From contig JBBRDO010000006.1 in assembly GCA_038203825.1 (NCBI GenBank), positions 3,760 to 67,759 on the forward strand: a stretch of DNA of 64,000 nt, written 5' to 3'. Shown here one piece after another: positions 1 through 9,497 of this stretch. A program made the position numbers and the translations under genes. The notes beneath the pieces were generated by a model, which saw nothing but the letters and a program-made list of their open reading frames with translations, had not been told where the DNA came from and did not search any database. Origin of the DNA: Chloroflexia bacterium. GTDB lineage: Bacteria > Chloroflexota > Chloroflexia > QHBQ01 > JADMIH01. Within the stretch, counting starts at the first letter, position 1. Each line of letters starts with the position of its first letter.

Positions 1-600
1 CTGGCCGAGTTCGTTGTCCCACTTGTCCGCCACGCGCTGCATAGCGCCATCAAATGCCAACCCGGCCTCCACGCTGATCGTCATCAAATCAATGGCATCC
101 GGTAGGGTCTTCAGAATGACCTTCTGCCGTTTCTTTACCCGCCCCCGCAGCCAGTAAACCGGCAGGAGATAGCCAACCAGGGCCATGATCATGGGAAAGA
201 GCAGTAGAGCAAGTGGTTCACCCTGCATCAGTAACACCAACCCGAACGTTACACCCCCAAGTACAACCATGGCCATCATGCGCGCACCCATAAACTCCGA
301 CGTACCCATGTTGTATGGATTGCCTGCAAGAACTATCTGCTGGCGCACTTTCTCCATACCCTGGGACGGAGTAAGCTTGCCCAGGGCGCGAGTTATGCCC
401 GCGATCATCGGCTTCAATACCCGCTCACTGAAGGGCTGTTCGAGCTCCATTTCTTCAATCGACACGGGCCGATCAGCGAAGTTCGCGAGACGCGCCTCTA
501 TAGATACAGCGTTTCGCTTGGGCAGTGCCATCCAGAGGAATAGACCAAATACCGCGGCCGCAATCAGTATAGGTATTGCGTATAGAATTATCTGTCCCAC
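1..600 (-). CDS. tadC: Type II secretion system F-family membrane protein, TadC-like (3' end runs off the window)
   Basis: My own reverse-strand translation from GTG (600-598) reads VGQIILYAIPILIAAAVFGLFLW...TLPDAIDLMTISVEAGLAFDGAMQRVADKWDNELGQ, which is GspF/TadC-like. There is a GGAGGC RBS (gcctcc on + at 605-610) and no stop before position 1. The + ORF 185..619 is its antisense shadow. Confidence 0.8.
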   Translation of the reverse strand, partial: MGQIILYAIPILIAAAVFGLFLWMALPKRNAVSIEARLANFADRPVSIEEMELEQPFSERVLKPMIAGITRALGKLTPSQGMEKVRQQIVLAGNPYNMGTSEFMGARMMAMVVLGGVTFGLVLLMQGEPLALLLFPMIMALVGYLLPVYWLRGRVKKRQKVILKTLPDAIDLMTISVEAGLAFDGAMQRVADKWDNELGQ

Positions 601-649
601 ATTTGCCTCCGTTCTTTAATGAGCAGGGTTCCGGCCCCTGAGTCCCGCC

Positions 650-1648
650 TTATACTTCGATGTTTACAATCTTCCGTATGATCATGAAGCCCGAGAATAC
701 CAGGATCCCACCGCATATTGGCATGATAATCCAGGGAAAGACCCACAGTGAACTCATGTATTCGGGATTGATTAGCGTAACCGCTATACCTATCAAGATG
801 GGCAATGATGTAATGATGTATCCCGACACGCGGCCCTGTGCCGTCAATGTCTGCATCTCGCCCTTTATGCGAACTCGCTCGCGTATGGTATGAGATATCG
901 AGTCCAGAATTTGCGCCAGGTTACCGCCCACCTCATATTGAATATTGATAGCCGTAATCATGAGATCCAGGTCATCTGACGGCATGCGCCGGTAAAGATT
1001 GGCAAGTGCATCCTGAATAGTAAGGCCCAAACCCACTTCGCGCACAATACGCTTGAACTCAGCCCCGATCGGGTCCTGCGCCTCACGCGCAACCAGGTCG
1101 ATCGACTGCAACATGGAATATCCCGAGCGAAGTGAGTTCGCAAGCAAAGACAGCGTGTCACTGAGTTGATCGCCGAATGCCTTCAGCCTCTTGGCAATTC
1201 GAAACTTCACAAACAGGTCCGGACCAAGGAAACCAATCGCAATTCCGGACAGACCGAATACGACGCTTTCCACCGGGCCTCCGCGGCCAATGAACAGCCC
1301 CACCGCTGCCCCTGCAATCGTCATAGACACCTTGGCAAGCATAAACTCGAACAAGGTCAGCTTGAGGTCGGCCTGCGCCAGCTTGCGTTGCACATTCTTG
1401 CCAAAGGTACCCTGCGCTACAGCCTTGTCAACTCTTGCGGCGATCTGCGTCTCGCCAAGGCCGAGACTAAACTGCTTCTTCTCGCCCTTCTTGTCATCAC
1501 TCTTTTCTTCGGCCACCTTGCCGGCACCGCCGACAAACGAGGTCAGGCGGCCCTGAATATTGGAGCCTCCCAGGCTCAATTTCGCTATTATCGCGAAAAG
1601 CCCCAGCACTCCAAGCGCGACTAACGCAGGCACTAAGAATTGTTCCAA
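650..1648 (-). CDS. tadB: Type II secretion system F-family membrane protein, TadB-like
   Basis: 332-aa ORF with an N-terminal TM segment and a C-terminal T2SSF-like region (LSDTLSLLANSLRSGYSMLQSI...GAEFKRIVREVGLG). It sits between cpaF and tadC. Confidence 0.85.
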   Translation of the reverse strand: MEQFLVPALVALGVLGLFAIIAKLSLGGSNIQGRLTSFVGGAGKVAEEKSDDKKGEKKQFSLGLGETQIAARVDKAVAQGTFGKNVQRKLAQADLKLTLFEFMLAKVSMTIAGAAVGLFIGRGGPVESVVFGLSGIAIGFLGPDLFVKFRIAKRLKAFGDQLSDTLSLLANSLRSGYSMLQSIDLVAREAQDPIGAEFKRIVREVGLGLTIQDALANLYRRMPSDDLDLMITAINIQYEVGGNLAQILDSISHTIRERVRIKGEMQTLTAQGRVSGYIITSLPILIGIAVTLINPEYMSSLWVFPWIIMPICGGILVFSGFMIIRKIVNIEV

Positions 1649-1712
1649 CTGTTTCCCCCTTCGGACCCTGGCCCTAGATTACCAATCCGGTGATCGCAAT
1701 CTAAACCCGCGA

Positions 1713-3179
1713 TTAGAAGAATCTTTCGTTATATCCGAACAGGTTCGGAGGTAGATAAATATTCGCCGCCTCAAACTTCTCAATGAACTTGGGCCGAATA
1801 CCCGTCGGCTTCATGCGCCCAACAATCTTGCCACCTTCGATACCCGTCTGCTCGAACACGAACACATCCTGCATTACGATTACGTCGCCTTCCATGCCCT
1901 GCACTTCGGCGATATTTGAAATCTTACGTGTTCCATCCTTGAACCGCGTCTGCTGGACGATGAGGTCCACCGCTGCCGCAATCTGCTCGCGAATAGCCTT
2001 CACAGGCAAGTCCATACCTGCCATTAGCACCATCGTCTCCAAACGTGACAGGGCATCGCGTGGAGTGTTCGCGTGCAACGTCGTTAGAGAACCGTCGTGA
2101 CCGGTGTTCATGGCCTGGAGCATGTCCAGCGCCTCGCCTCCTCGACACTCACCAACCACGATGCGGTCGGGACGCATTCGCAGGCAGTTGATAACAAGGT
2201 CGCGAATAGTGACCTCGCCACGACCTTCAATGTTCGGCGGCCGAGACTCCAGCGTGATCACATGTTCCTGGCGCATTTGAAGCTCTGCAGCGTTCTCAAC
2301 AGTGATGATGCGCTCATCATTCGGTATGAAGCTTGACAGCACGTTGAGGGTGGTCGTCTTCCCCGAGCCCGTGCCCCCAGATACGACTGTATTCAACCTG
2401 GCTTCGATACAGGCCTTGAGGAAGGTCGCCATCTCAGGGGTAAATGTTCCGAACCTAATCAGGTCGTCCGAAGTGAACGGATCTTTGGAGAACTTACGAA
2501 TGGTGATCGTCGGGCCGTTGATGGCCAGCGGCGGGATGATTGCGTTCACACGCGAGCCGTCCGGCAGGCGGGCGTCCACGTAAGGCGAGCTCTCATCTAT
2601 GCGCCTGCCCAGCGGAGCCACGATGCGGTCGATGACGCGCATCACATGCTCGTCGTTCTGGAATGTCACGTTCGTCTTCTCCAGGCGACCGTGGCGCTCT
2701 ATGTAGACCATCTTGGGACCGTTCACCATGATCTCATTGATGGAGTTGTCCTTCAACAACGGCTCGATGGGCCCGAAGCCTAAGATTTCCGCCGCGACAG
2801 CCTCGAATAGCCGGGCGCGGTCCACCCGCGTCAGTACGATATTCTCTGCGTCGAGTATGTCGTTGAAGATCTCTTCAACCTGGCGCCTCACCTCGTCGGT
2901 GCGCGTCAGGTCAAGCTTCGGATCAAGCTCCGCGATCAGCTTATGCTGGACCCTGTTCTTCAGGTCAAGGAAGTTGTCGCTGCCCGTTGGCATTGACTGC
3001 CGGCCATTATCCCCAGCGCCAAGGCGCCCCGTTCCCCTTGGCAGCACACTTGAAGGCGACGCGGTTCCGGGGGTTGGTCCCGTGCCGCCCGGCCTCTGCA
3101 GTTGCCCCGTGCTCGCCGGTTGCGGCGTGCCGCCATTAGGTAGTGAGTCTGTTGTACCGATTCGTTTTAGTAGAGACAT
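1713..3179 (-). CDS. cpaF: Tad/Flp pilus assembly ATPase CpaF/TadA (T2SS/T4SS E family)
   Basis: Walker A motif [15 protein letters not shown]. It also carries [36 protein letters not shown], the hallmark of CpaF/VirB11-like ATPases. GAGGAA RBS before the ATG at 3179. Confidence 0.93.
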   Translation of the reverse strand: MSLLKRIGTTDSLPNGGTPQPASTGQLQRPGGTGPTPGTASPSSVLPRGTGRLGAGDNGRQSMPTGSDNFLDLKNRVQHKLIAELDPKLDLTRTDEVRRQVEEIFNDILDAENIVLTRVDRARLFEAVAAEILGFGPIEPLLKDNSINEIMVNGPKMVYIERHGRLEKTNVTFQNDEHVMRVIDRIVAPLGRRIDESSPYVDARLPDGSRVNAIIPPLAINGPTITIRKFSKDPFTSDDLIRFGTFTPEMATFLKACIEARLNTVVSGGTGSGKTTTLNVLSSFIPNDERIITVENAAELQMRQEHVITLESRPPNIEGRGEVTIRDLVINCLRMRPDRIVVGECRGGEALDMLQAMNTGHDGSLTTLHANTPRDALSRLETMVLMAGMDLPVKAIREQIAAAVDLIVQQTRFKDGTRKISNIAEVQGMEGDVIVMQDVFVFEQTGIEGGKIVGRMKPTGIRPKFIEKFEAANIYLPPNLFGYNERFF

Positions 3180-3284
3180 TTTGTTTCCTCATCTACGTGA
3201 TAGGTGATAAGTGACCTGATACATGACGAGGCTTATACCCCGGTTATCACGTAGCGCGTATCACCTATCACGACGGGTCACTGC

Positions 3285-4601
3285 CTACCGGAAGGCCGAC
3301 TTCAGCTTGGACAGTAGTTTGCCTTGCATTGCCCCGTCCTGGGCTGCGGCTGTCGCCTGTGCCAGCTGTGCTTCCTCGGTTGTGGTTGAGGTCAGGAGGC
3401 GAGCCAGCCGGTATACGTCACGCGAGAATGGGTGCTCGCGGGCTGATATTACCAGGGGAACGCCCTGGTTGATCGCCATAAGCATCGCCACCCCGTCATT
3501 GCTGAGGCCAACCAGCACCTTCTGTCGCAAGGTCTCCTCAACGGCTTCCACCTTGATGCCGCCTGCGCTACCCGATCTGTTCAGCACCAGCTTCACTTTC
3601 TCGGTCGGGTAGTTCAGCTTCTCGACTACTTCCAGATACAGCTTCACATCCTTGATGGCGGTCATTTCGAGCGTCATCACAAGCAATATGTCGTCGGCCA
3701 GGTCCATTGCCGTCAACACCGTGTCGGCGAAGGAAGGCCATGTATCCACTATTACATAGTCATAGTGGGCGGAAAGCTCTAATAGTATTCGGCGAATATG
3801 CTCCGCCGTTATGAGCTCGGCCATCTCAGGCTGCGGGGGTCCAAGCAGGACCTTAACACCTGATGAGTGCGTGACCATTATGTCGTTGAGGAGGTCGGCG
3901 TCCAGTTCGTCTATGTGCTCCACGGCGTCTACCATGGTCTTGTTGGAGAGAAGATTTAGCATTACGCCCAGGTCGCCAAAGTAGAGCGAGCTATCGACCA
4001 GCGCAACTTTCTTCTGCGTCGACAGTCGCAGCGCCACGGCCAGGTTGGCCGAGAGCACCGTTCTCCCCACGCCCCCCTTTGGGCTCACGACCGCCATAAT
4101 GCGTCCCTGAGTCGATTCGTCGTCGCCGTTCTTGCCGTTGGACGCGCCCATACCCTGTGCAGGAGTCATCATCATCGCCTGCGCCATGCTGCGCTTGCTC
4201 GACTCAAGCCTATATACGTGCCGTATAGAGCGGACCAGGTCATCGCCTGAGAAGGGCTTGACAAGGAATTCGCGTGCCCCGGCAAGCATTGCGCGCCGCA
4301 GATAGTCCTGCTCGCCTTGCACCGACATCATGATGATGCCTATGCCGGTCATTTCAGTACTCATCAGCTCTGCAGCCTTGATACCGTCCATCTCAGGCAT
4401 ATTGATATCCATGAGTACGACATCCGGGTGCAGCTTGCGGGCTGTGTCAAGTGCCTCTGGCCCGCTGGCCGCCGTTCCTACGACTTCGATGTCGCGCTCA
4501 AACATCAGTAATTTGCTGAGGTTTTCGCGTGTGTCCGAGATGTCATCTACTATTAACACCCCTATCTTAGGCATTGAGCTGTTTGCTCCGGGGCTATCCA
4601 T
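3285..4601 (-). CDS. cpaE: CpaE/TadZ-like pilus localisation protein: N-terminal response-receiver domain fused to a ParA/MinD-type ATPase
   Basis: Receiver-like N-terminus (VLIVDDISDTRE...DVVLMDINMPEMDG...KPF). Deviant Walker A SPKGGVGRTVLSANLA. AGGAG RBS 6 nt before the ATG at 4601. Confidence 0.85.
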   Translation of the reverse strand: MDSPGANSSMPKIGVLIVDDISDTRENLSKLLMFERDIEVVGTAASGPEALDTARKLHPDVVLMDINMPEMDGIKAAELMSTEMTGIGIIMMSVQGEQDYLRRAMLAGAREFLVKPFSGDDLVRSIRHVYRLESSKRSMAQAMMMTPAQGMGASNGKNGDDESTQGRIMAVVSPKGGVGRTVLSANLAVALRLSTQKKVALVDSSLYFGDLGVMLNLLSNKTMVDAVEHIDELDADLLNDIMVTHSSGVKVLLGPPQPEMAELITAEHIRRILLELSAHYDYVIVDTWPSFADTVLTAMDLADDILLVMTLEMTAIKDVKLYLEVVEKLNYPTEKVKLVLNRSGSAGGIKVEAVEETLRQKVLVGLSNDGVAMLMAINQGVPLVISAREHPFSRDVYRLARLLTSTTTEEAQLAQATAAAQDGAMQGKLLSKLKSAFR

Positions 4602-4697
4602 TCTGCTCTCCTACGTGGTTAGTGATACGTGCTATGTGTCCGGGGACCGGAAGTGACAAGTCGGCACCGTCACCCGACCTGCTGATCGCTGCGTGGC

Positions 4698-5630
4698 TTA
4701 CGGCTGAGCGACGGGCGCCTGCAGTCCATATTCCTTTATCAGTGTTTGAATCGAGACACCCGTCGTCTTTTCTACGTCTTTATCGCCCCGGACATCGTTG
4801 CCTTTGTCGTCCTTCACCACCTGGCCCGCGTCATCCTTTTGTATGGCCGAAGAGCGAAGTGTGAGGTCCACTGAGCCATTCTGCCGGGCGTATGCGATGA
4901 CTTCAGCCTGCTGGTCAGTTACTCCAAGTACGAGCACCGTCTGATAGGGCGCCGCATCCAAATACATTGCTGCTGTGCTGGGCGGGGGCAGGGTTGCTGT
5001 CGTAGCGTTCGCGTTTGTGGCCTGGCCATTAGCGCCTGCCGGTACTTCCTGCGCCAACTTCATTACCCGGAGCACATGTATGTTCTGGAGCAAGGTCTTC
5101 GTAGAAGTGTAGTAATCTTCCACGGTGGTAGTTTTCCCCTCAGAGTCAACCTTTGGCCGGTCATACTTCAGCACTGCCGTCCAGATCAAGTCCACTCGAT
5201 CATTCTCCATAACGGCGTCACCGAATGTGCTCTTGGCAGGTACTGCCAGCACGAAACCGCGTTCTCCTTTGGCCAGAATGTCCGCAAAGCCGCTCTCCGT
5301 GAGCTGGTCCGTGCGCACCAGTTGGCCTTTGGTGAGGGGCAGCAGCGTCATCTTCCCGTATAAAGTGGAAGGTGAAGTGGTGGTATTGGTCGGTACTGTG
5401 CTTTGTTCTACACTGACCGTAGCTACATTGCCGGCGTCTAGCAGCGTATAAGCGGGCAAGTCTCGGTTGACGACCGCTACATCCACCATCACCGGGGCAG
5501 TAGTGGGTACTGTTGCTGCGTTACCGGTTGTCGTCAGTTTGCCCGACATTACCACGTATACGACGACGAACGCCATCGCCGCAAGCAATCCGCCGAGCAA
5601 GAGCAGAAATTTTCCACCGCGTGTTTTCAT
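4698..5630 (-). CDS. cpaB: Flp pilus assembly protein CpaB/RcpC (SAF domain)
   Basis: N-terminal TM anchor MKTRGGKFLLLLGGLLAAMAFVVVYVV followed by a CpaB-like region. First gene of the Tad block. GGAGG RBS before the ATG at 5630. Confidence 0.8.
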   Translation of the reverse strand: MKTRGGKFLLLLGGLLAAMAFVVVYVVMSGKLTTTGNAATVPTTAPVMVDVAVVNRDLPAYTLLDAGNVATVSVEQSTVPTNTTTSPSTLYGKMTLLPLTKGQLVRTDQLTESGFADILAKGERGFVLAVPAKSTFGDAVMENDRVDLIWTAVLKYDRPKVDSEGKTTTVEDYYTSTKTLLQNIHVLRVMKLAQEVPAGANGQATNANATTATLPPPSTAAMYLDAAPYQTVLVLGVTDQQAEVIAYARQNGSVDLTLRSSAIQKDDAGQVVKDDKGNDVRGDKDVEKTTGVSIQTLIKEYGLQAPVAQP

Positions 5631-5749
5631 GGCTTAGTGCCTCCATTTATGTTGAGAATTCGAAATACCAGGATTCGATCTCCGAGCGTCCGATAAGATA
5701 TGACAAAGTACGATTGCTTCTAAAGGCCCACGTGCGTGCCGCCCACGCC

Positions 5750-5781
5750 CTGCCTTATAGGTCATCCCAACTATAAGGCAG
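5750..5781. repeat. Perfect 11-bp inverted repeat (ctgccttatag / ctataaggcag) with a 10-nt loop, in the 380-bp non-coding gap upstream of cpaB
   Basis: Read directly: 5750-5760 and 5771-5781 are exact reverse complements. A second 7-bp hairpin (cccctat/atagggg) lies at 5793-5811. Confidence 0.7.
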
Positions 5782-6010
5782 CGCGTGCTCAACCCCTATA
5801 GCCAATAGGGGGGTGAAGGCACTAGCCCGTTTGTCCCACTGGGTGTTACACAAGCACAAATTAGCCGCTAGCACGCACCAACAGATGCACCTGAGCAGCT
5901 ATCCTGACCACGTCCGGTGGCCGGCTCAAGGAAATCCTAAGTAATAGACCTACCGCCGCCGCACAACGGTCTGCAATCGCCCCAACTCGGAACGTTCCAC
6001 GTTGCAAGTC

Positions 6011-7852
6011 TCACGAATCAATTGCTGGAAGATCAAAGGAAAATACAGTCCCCTCCCCTACCCTGCTACTGACCCAGATGCGACCGTTGTGCGCCTGCAC
6101 AATGTGTTTAGCAATAGCGAGGCCCAGGCCTGTGCCTGCTTCTCCGTGGCGCGTGCCGGTGCGCGCCTTGTCAACTTTGTAGAAGCGCTCAAAGATACGG
6201 GGAAGATCCTCCTCAGGAATGCCCACTCCTGTATCGGACACTCTAACAAGCACGTCACCGTCGTGTCGGGCTGCACTCAGAATAATCTTCCCGCCGGGGT
6301 TGGTGAACTTAATGGCATTGTGGAGCAGGTTGACGAGCACCTGCTCTATCCGCACGGCGTCCGCGTGAGCGCTCGGCAGCCCCTCCTCCGCCTCGACAGA
6401 AAGTGAAAGACCCGCCCGCTCAGCCTGCGCTCGCAACCGGCCGGCAGCACGCTCCAGCAACTCGTGCACATCTACAGCTGCAAGGTTCAGCTGCACCTGG
6501 CCCGACTCGATTCGCGATAGCTGCAAAAGCTCGCGTACAAGCTGGGTGAGGCCATCCAGCTCGACGTCGATCCGCGTCAGAAAAGCGAGCGCATCGACGT
6601 TGGCCGGGTTAAGAGTAGTACTGAGGGTTTCGGCCAGCAACTTGATAGAGGTAATAGGAGTGCGCAGTTCATGGCTGATGTTGGCCACAAAGTCGCGCCG
6701 CGCACGCTCCAGCTTCCGTAGCTCGGTAACGTCTTGCAGGACGACGAGCCCCGCGGGCGGCTTGCCATCGGGCGCAGGCACCCGCGTCACCACAACGGAC
6801 ACCGCGTTCTTCCCAATCTCCAGTTCGAGCTTATCGTTCGCAACTGGATGGGGCGCCTTACCCTGTAGAGCCGCTTGTAGCGCCGAATGTATCTCGTATT
6901 CGTGCGTAACCTCGATGAGAGAACGCCCCAGGACGGCCTCCGGCGAACCGGTCGAGATCCCAAAGAGGAGCAGCGCGGGTGGGTTCATGCTCTCGACGCG
7001 ACCCTCGCTGTCGGTTAGTATGATGCCGTCGTGCATGTGTTCCAGCACCGCCGCCATGCTGTTGCGCTGCTCGGTGCGCTCACGGATGAGATCGCTCAGG
7101 AGATCCGACGTACTATCAAGCTGCTGACTCAGCTTGCCTATTTCGTCGCTCGACCGGATGTTGGAACGGGCATTGAGATCACCCTCGCCAAATCGCCGGG
7201 CCACTGCCCCCAGGTGAGAGAGAGGCCCGGCAACAGAGCGAGCCACCCACACGCCAAGCGCAGCGGCCGGGAGCGTTACAAGAACGATCGTAAGCGCTAT
7301 CCCCTGCCAAAGCGCATCCCGTGCCTGGTCCACAGCCGTCAGCGGATAGGCCACCCGCGCCACTCCGACCGGGTGTGACGATGCCGCAGGGTCAAACATG
7401 ACCGCCGCCACATACAGCAGGTTGCGGCCAACCGATACGCTGAGGCGGCTGGCTGTGCCTGTGTGTTGTGGGCTTGAGAGAGCCTGGAGAACCTCGGGAC
7501 GCCTGGCGTGGTTCTCCATTATGAGCGGGTCGTCCTCTGAGTCGCCCACCACGACGCCGTCAAGTTGGATCAATGTGACGCGGGTATCGAACAGTGAAGA
7601 CAGGTCGTGCGCCAGTTGGTTGGTAGAAGTGAGGGGAGCGGCGGCCACAAAGAGAGGAGCGGCGGCAAAAGCAACGGCGCGAGCCTGGTCGGTAAGCCGT
7701 GCGCGCAACGCATCCTCTTCACGCCGTTCAAATTCGCCTCCCAGGAAGAAGGCCAGCAGGCCGCCCATGACCAGCACCAGCGCTGCATAGCTGAGGGCTA
7801 TTCGTGTCCAGGTATGAGATAGCATATCTTTCCGGCTAACATTGAACGACAC
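6011..7852 (-). CDS. Sensor histidine kinase (TM, HAMP, PAS, HisKA, HATPase_c)
   Basis: H-box FVANISHELRTPITSI. N/G boxes LLHNAIKFTNPGG, DTGVGIP, GTGLGLAIAKHIV. The start may be the ATG at 7852 or the downstream MLSHTW. Confidence 0.9.
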   Translation of the reverse strand: MSFNVSRKDMLSHTWTRIALSYAALVLVMGGLLAFFLGGEFERREEDALRARLTDQARAVAFAAAPLFVAAAPLTSTNQLAHDLSSLFDTRVTLIQLDGVVVGDSEDDPLIMENHARRPEVLQALSSPQHTGTASRLSVSVGRNLLYVAAVMFDPAASSHPVGVARVAYPLTAVDQARDALWQGIALTIVLVTLPAAALGVWVARSVAGPLSHLGAVARRFGEGDLNARSNIRSSDEIGKLSQQLDSTSDLLSDLIRERTEQRNSMAAVLEHMHDGIILTDSEGRVESMNPPALLLFGISTGSPEAVLGRSLIEVTHEYEIHSALQAALQGKAPHPVANDKLELEIGKNAVSVVVTRVPAPDGKPPAGLVVLQDVTELRKLERARRDFVANISHELRTPITSIKLLAETLSTTLNPANVDALAFLTRIDVELDGLTQLVRELLQLSRIESGQVQLNLAAVDVHELLERAAGRLRAQAERAGLSLSVEAEEGLPSAHADAVRIEQVLVNLLHNAIKFTNPGGKIILSAARHDGDVLVRVSDTGVGIPEEDLPRIFERFYKVDKARTGTRHGEAGTGLGLAIAKHIVQAHNGRIWVSSRVGEGTVFSFDLPAIDS

Positions 7853-7884
7853 TGAGTACTGCTATGCGCATAGCCCTCTTAGCG

Positions 7885-7905
7885 GTCACTTATCACTTAT
7901 CACTT
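7885..7905. repeat. Heptamer tandem repeat (g/a)tcactt x3 (reverse complement AAGTGAT) between the RR stop and the HK start
   Basis: Read directly: gtcactt atcactt atcactt. Confidence 0.75.
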
Positions 7906-7921
7906 CCCGTCGCGTCCCCAC

Positions 7922-8746
7922 TCACCCAAACCTGTACCCAACACCATACACTGTCTGTATATACTGAGGCTGGCGGGCGTCGGGTTCCAGTTTGGAGCGA
8001 AGCCAGCGAACGTGTACGTCGACCGTGCGGGTGCCACCGATGAAATCGTAGCCCCATACCCGATCGAGCAACGTCTCCCGCGAGAATACCTGTTGCCGGT
8101 GCGCTGCGAGGAAGGCCAGCAGATCAAACTCCTTGGGCTTGAGAGGGATTACCTCCCCGCCTCGATGAACGCTGCGCCGAGAGCGATCAATTAGCAGGTC
8201 CCCAGCCACCAGGACGGGAGCCGGCTCATCGTCCGGCGGTCCGGCGTTCCTGCCGTTAGTCGCGGTCAAAGGTGCTGGATCAGGTGCTGCAGCGGCAGCC
8301 GGAGTCGCAACTGGCTGTGCGGGAGCGGAGTGAACCTGTATCATCTCTGCCCGCCGCAACATCGCACGCACCCGCGCAAGCAGTTCTCGCAGGCTGAAAG
8401 GCTTGGTCAGGTAATCATCTGCGCCCAGTTCGAGGCCGACCACCTTGTCGATCTCCTCTTCGCGCGCAGACAACATCAGCACGGGCACCGTTAGCTGGCG
8501 ACGTACCGCCCGTACCACATCGAACCCGCTCATGCCGGGGAGCATTACGTCCAGAATGATCAGGTCGGGCTGCTCATCAAACGCCACCTTCAGCGCCTCG
8601 GACCCATCCGCGGCCACTAGCACCCGGTAGCCTTCGCGCACCAGGTTGTACTCCAGCATGTCGCGCAAGGTCTTTTCGTCATCTACTACTAAGATCGTAG
8701 GAATTACGATCACCTTTTCGGGCCCCGTGCCTGCAACTGACTGCAT
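7922..8746 (-). CDS. OmpR/PhoB-family response regulator with an unusually long Pro/Ala linker
   Basis: Receiver domain (ILVVDDEKTL...LIILDVMLPGMSG...KPF). Winged-helix C-terminus (LKPKEFDLLAFLAAH...RTVDVHVRWLRSKLE). About 45 aa of PA-rich linker lies between them. Confidence 0.9.
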   Translation of the reverse strand: MQSVAGTGPEKVIVIPTILVVDDEKTLRDMLEYNLVREGYRVLVAADGSEALKVAFDEQPDLIILDVMLPGMSGFDVVRAVRRQLTVPVLMLSAREEEIDKVVGLELGADDYLTKPFSLRELLARVRAMLRRAEMIQVHSAPAQPVATPAAAAAPDPAPLTATNGRNAGPPDDEPAPVLVAGDLLIDRSRRSVHRGGEVIPLKPKEFDLLAFLAAHRQQVFSRETLLDRVWGYDFIGGTRTVDVHVRWLRSKLEPDARQPQYIQTVYGVGYRFG

Positions 8747-9490
8747 TCAGCTCCTGCCAATACGCATCTCAATGGGGAACACCACATGCTTGCGTTCCTG
8801 CGGTTCGCCCCAGGCTTCAGCCAGGGGTCCGGCTATTAGCTCGGTGGGGTCGCTGCCATGTGCCTCCAGATAACGGCGGACAGGTGACCACGTCTGGAGA
8901 TACCCCTTCATGTCGCTCAAGTCCCAATCGAGACCTATCGTGAAGGTCGGAGCCTCGAACTCATCGAAGGGGAAATCGATGGTCCTGTACTTTTCCTCCA
9001 CCAATCTGCGCTCGGGCGGCCAGTATGGCCCGACTATGTTGTAATAGAAGTCGTCGACTATGCTGTCGACCTCCGGCGTAATCTTGCATAGAGTATAAGC
9101 CCATACGGCCACCACGCCCCCCGGCTTGAGCACCCGCCGCGCTTCCTCGAAGAAGCGCACCGTATCAAACCAATGTAGCGCCTGCGCCACCGTAACGAGA
9201 TCTACCGAGGCCGAATCCAGGCCACTATCCTCAGCAGACGCCTGCTTATAGCTTACTTTGGCGTGCTGGAAGGCATTCCGAAGCTGGCCGGCGCTGGGGT
9301 CGGTAGCAATCACACGGTCGAAGCAGGGGGCAAGGCCCACCGCCGCCTGCCCATTTCCCGTGCCGCAGTCCCAGGCGACTTCATGCCCCTTCGCCACTGA
9401 CGACAAGTAATCGAACAACTCGGGCGGATATTGCGGCCTGCTCCGCGCATACTCGGCAGAGTGCCCGGAAAAGTAGTCTTTGAACACCAT
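8747..9490 (-). CDS. Class I SAM-dependent methyltransferase
   Basis: Motif I VAWDCGTGNGQAA plus a Methyltransf_11-like core. I place the start at MVFKDYFSG (ATG at 9490) because the longer ORF (to 9628) overlaps the MMPL gene. Its stop abuts the RR start codon (8746/8747). Confidence 0.8.
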   Translation of the reverse strand: MVFKDYFSGHSAEYARSRPQYPPELFDYLSSVAKGHEVAWDCGTGNGQAAVGLAPCFDRVIATDPSAGQLRNAFQHAKVSYKQASAEDSGLDSASVDLVTVAQALHWFDTVRFFEEARRVLKPGGVVAVWAYTLCKITPEVDSIVDDFYYNIVGPYWPPERRLVEEKYRTIDFPFDEFEAPTFTIGLDWDLSDMKGYLQTWSPVRRYLEAHGSDPTELIAGPLAEAWGEPQERKHVVFPIEMRIGRS

Positions 9491-9497
9491 GCCCCTA

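Noticed and set aside
185-619. 144-aa plus-strand ORF at the left edge.
   Set aside because: The opposite strand encodes a clear TadC-like protein with an RBS and a GTG start at 600, so the plus ORF is its shadow.
5631-6010. A hidden Flp pilin gene upstream of cpaB.
   Set aside because: I translated the minus strand of the whole gap. No small ORF has a hydrophobic Flp motif (G-x4-EY) or a plausible RBS.
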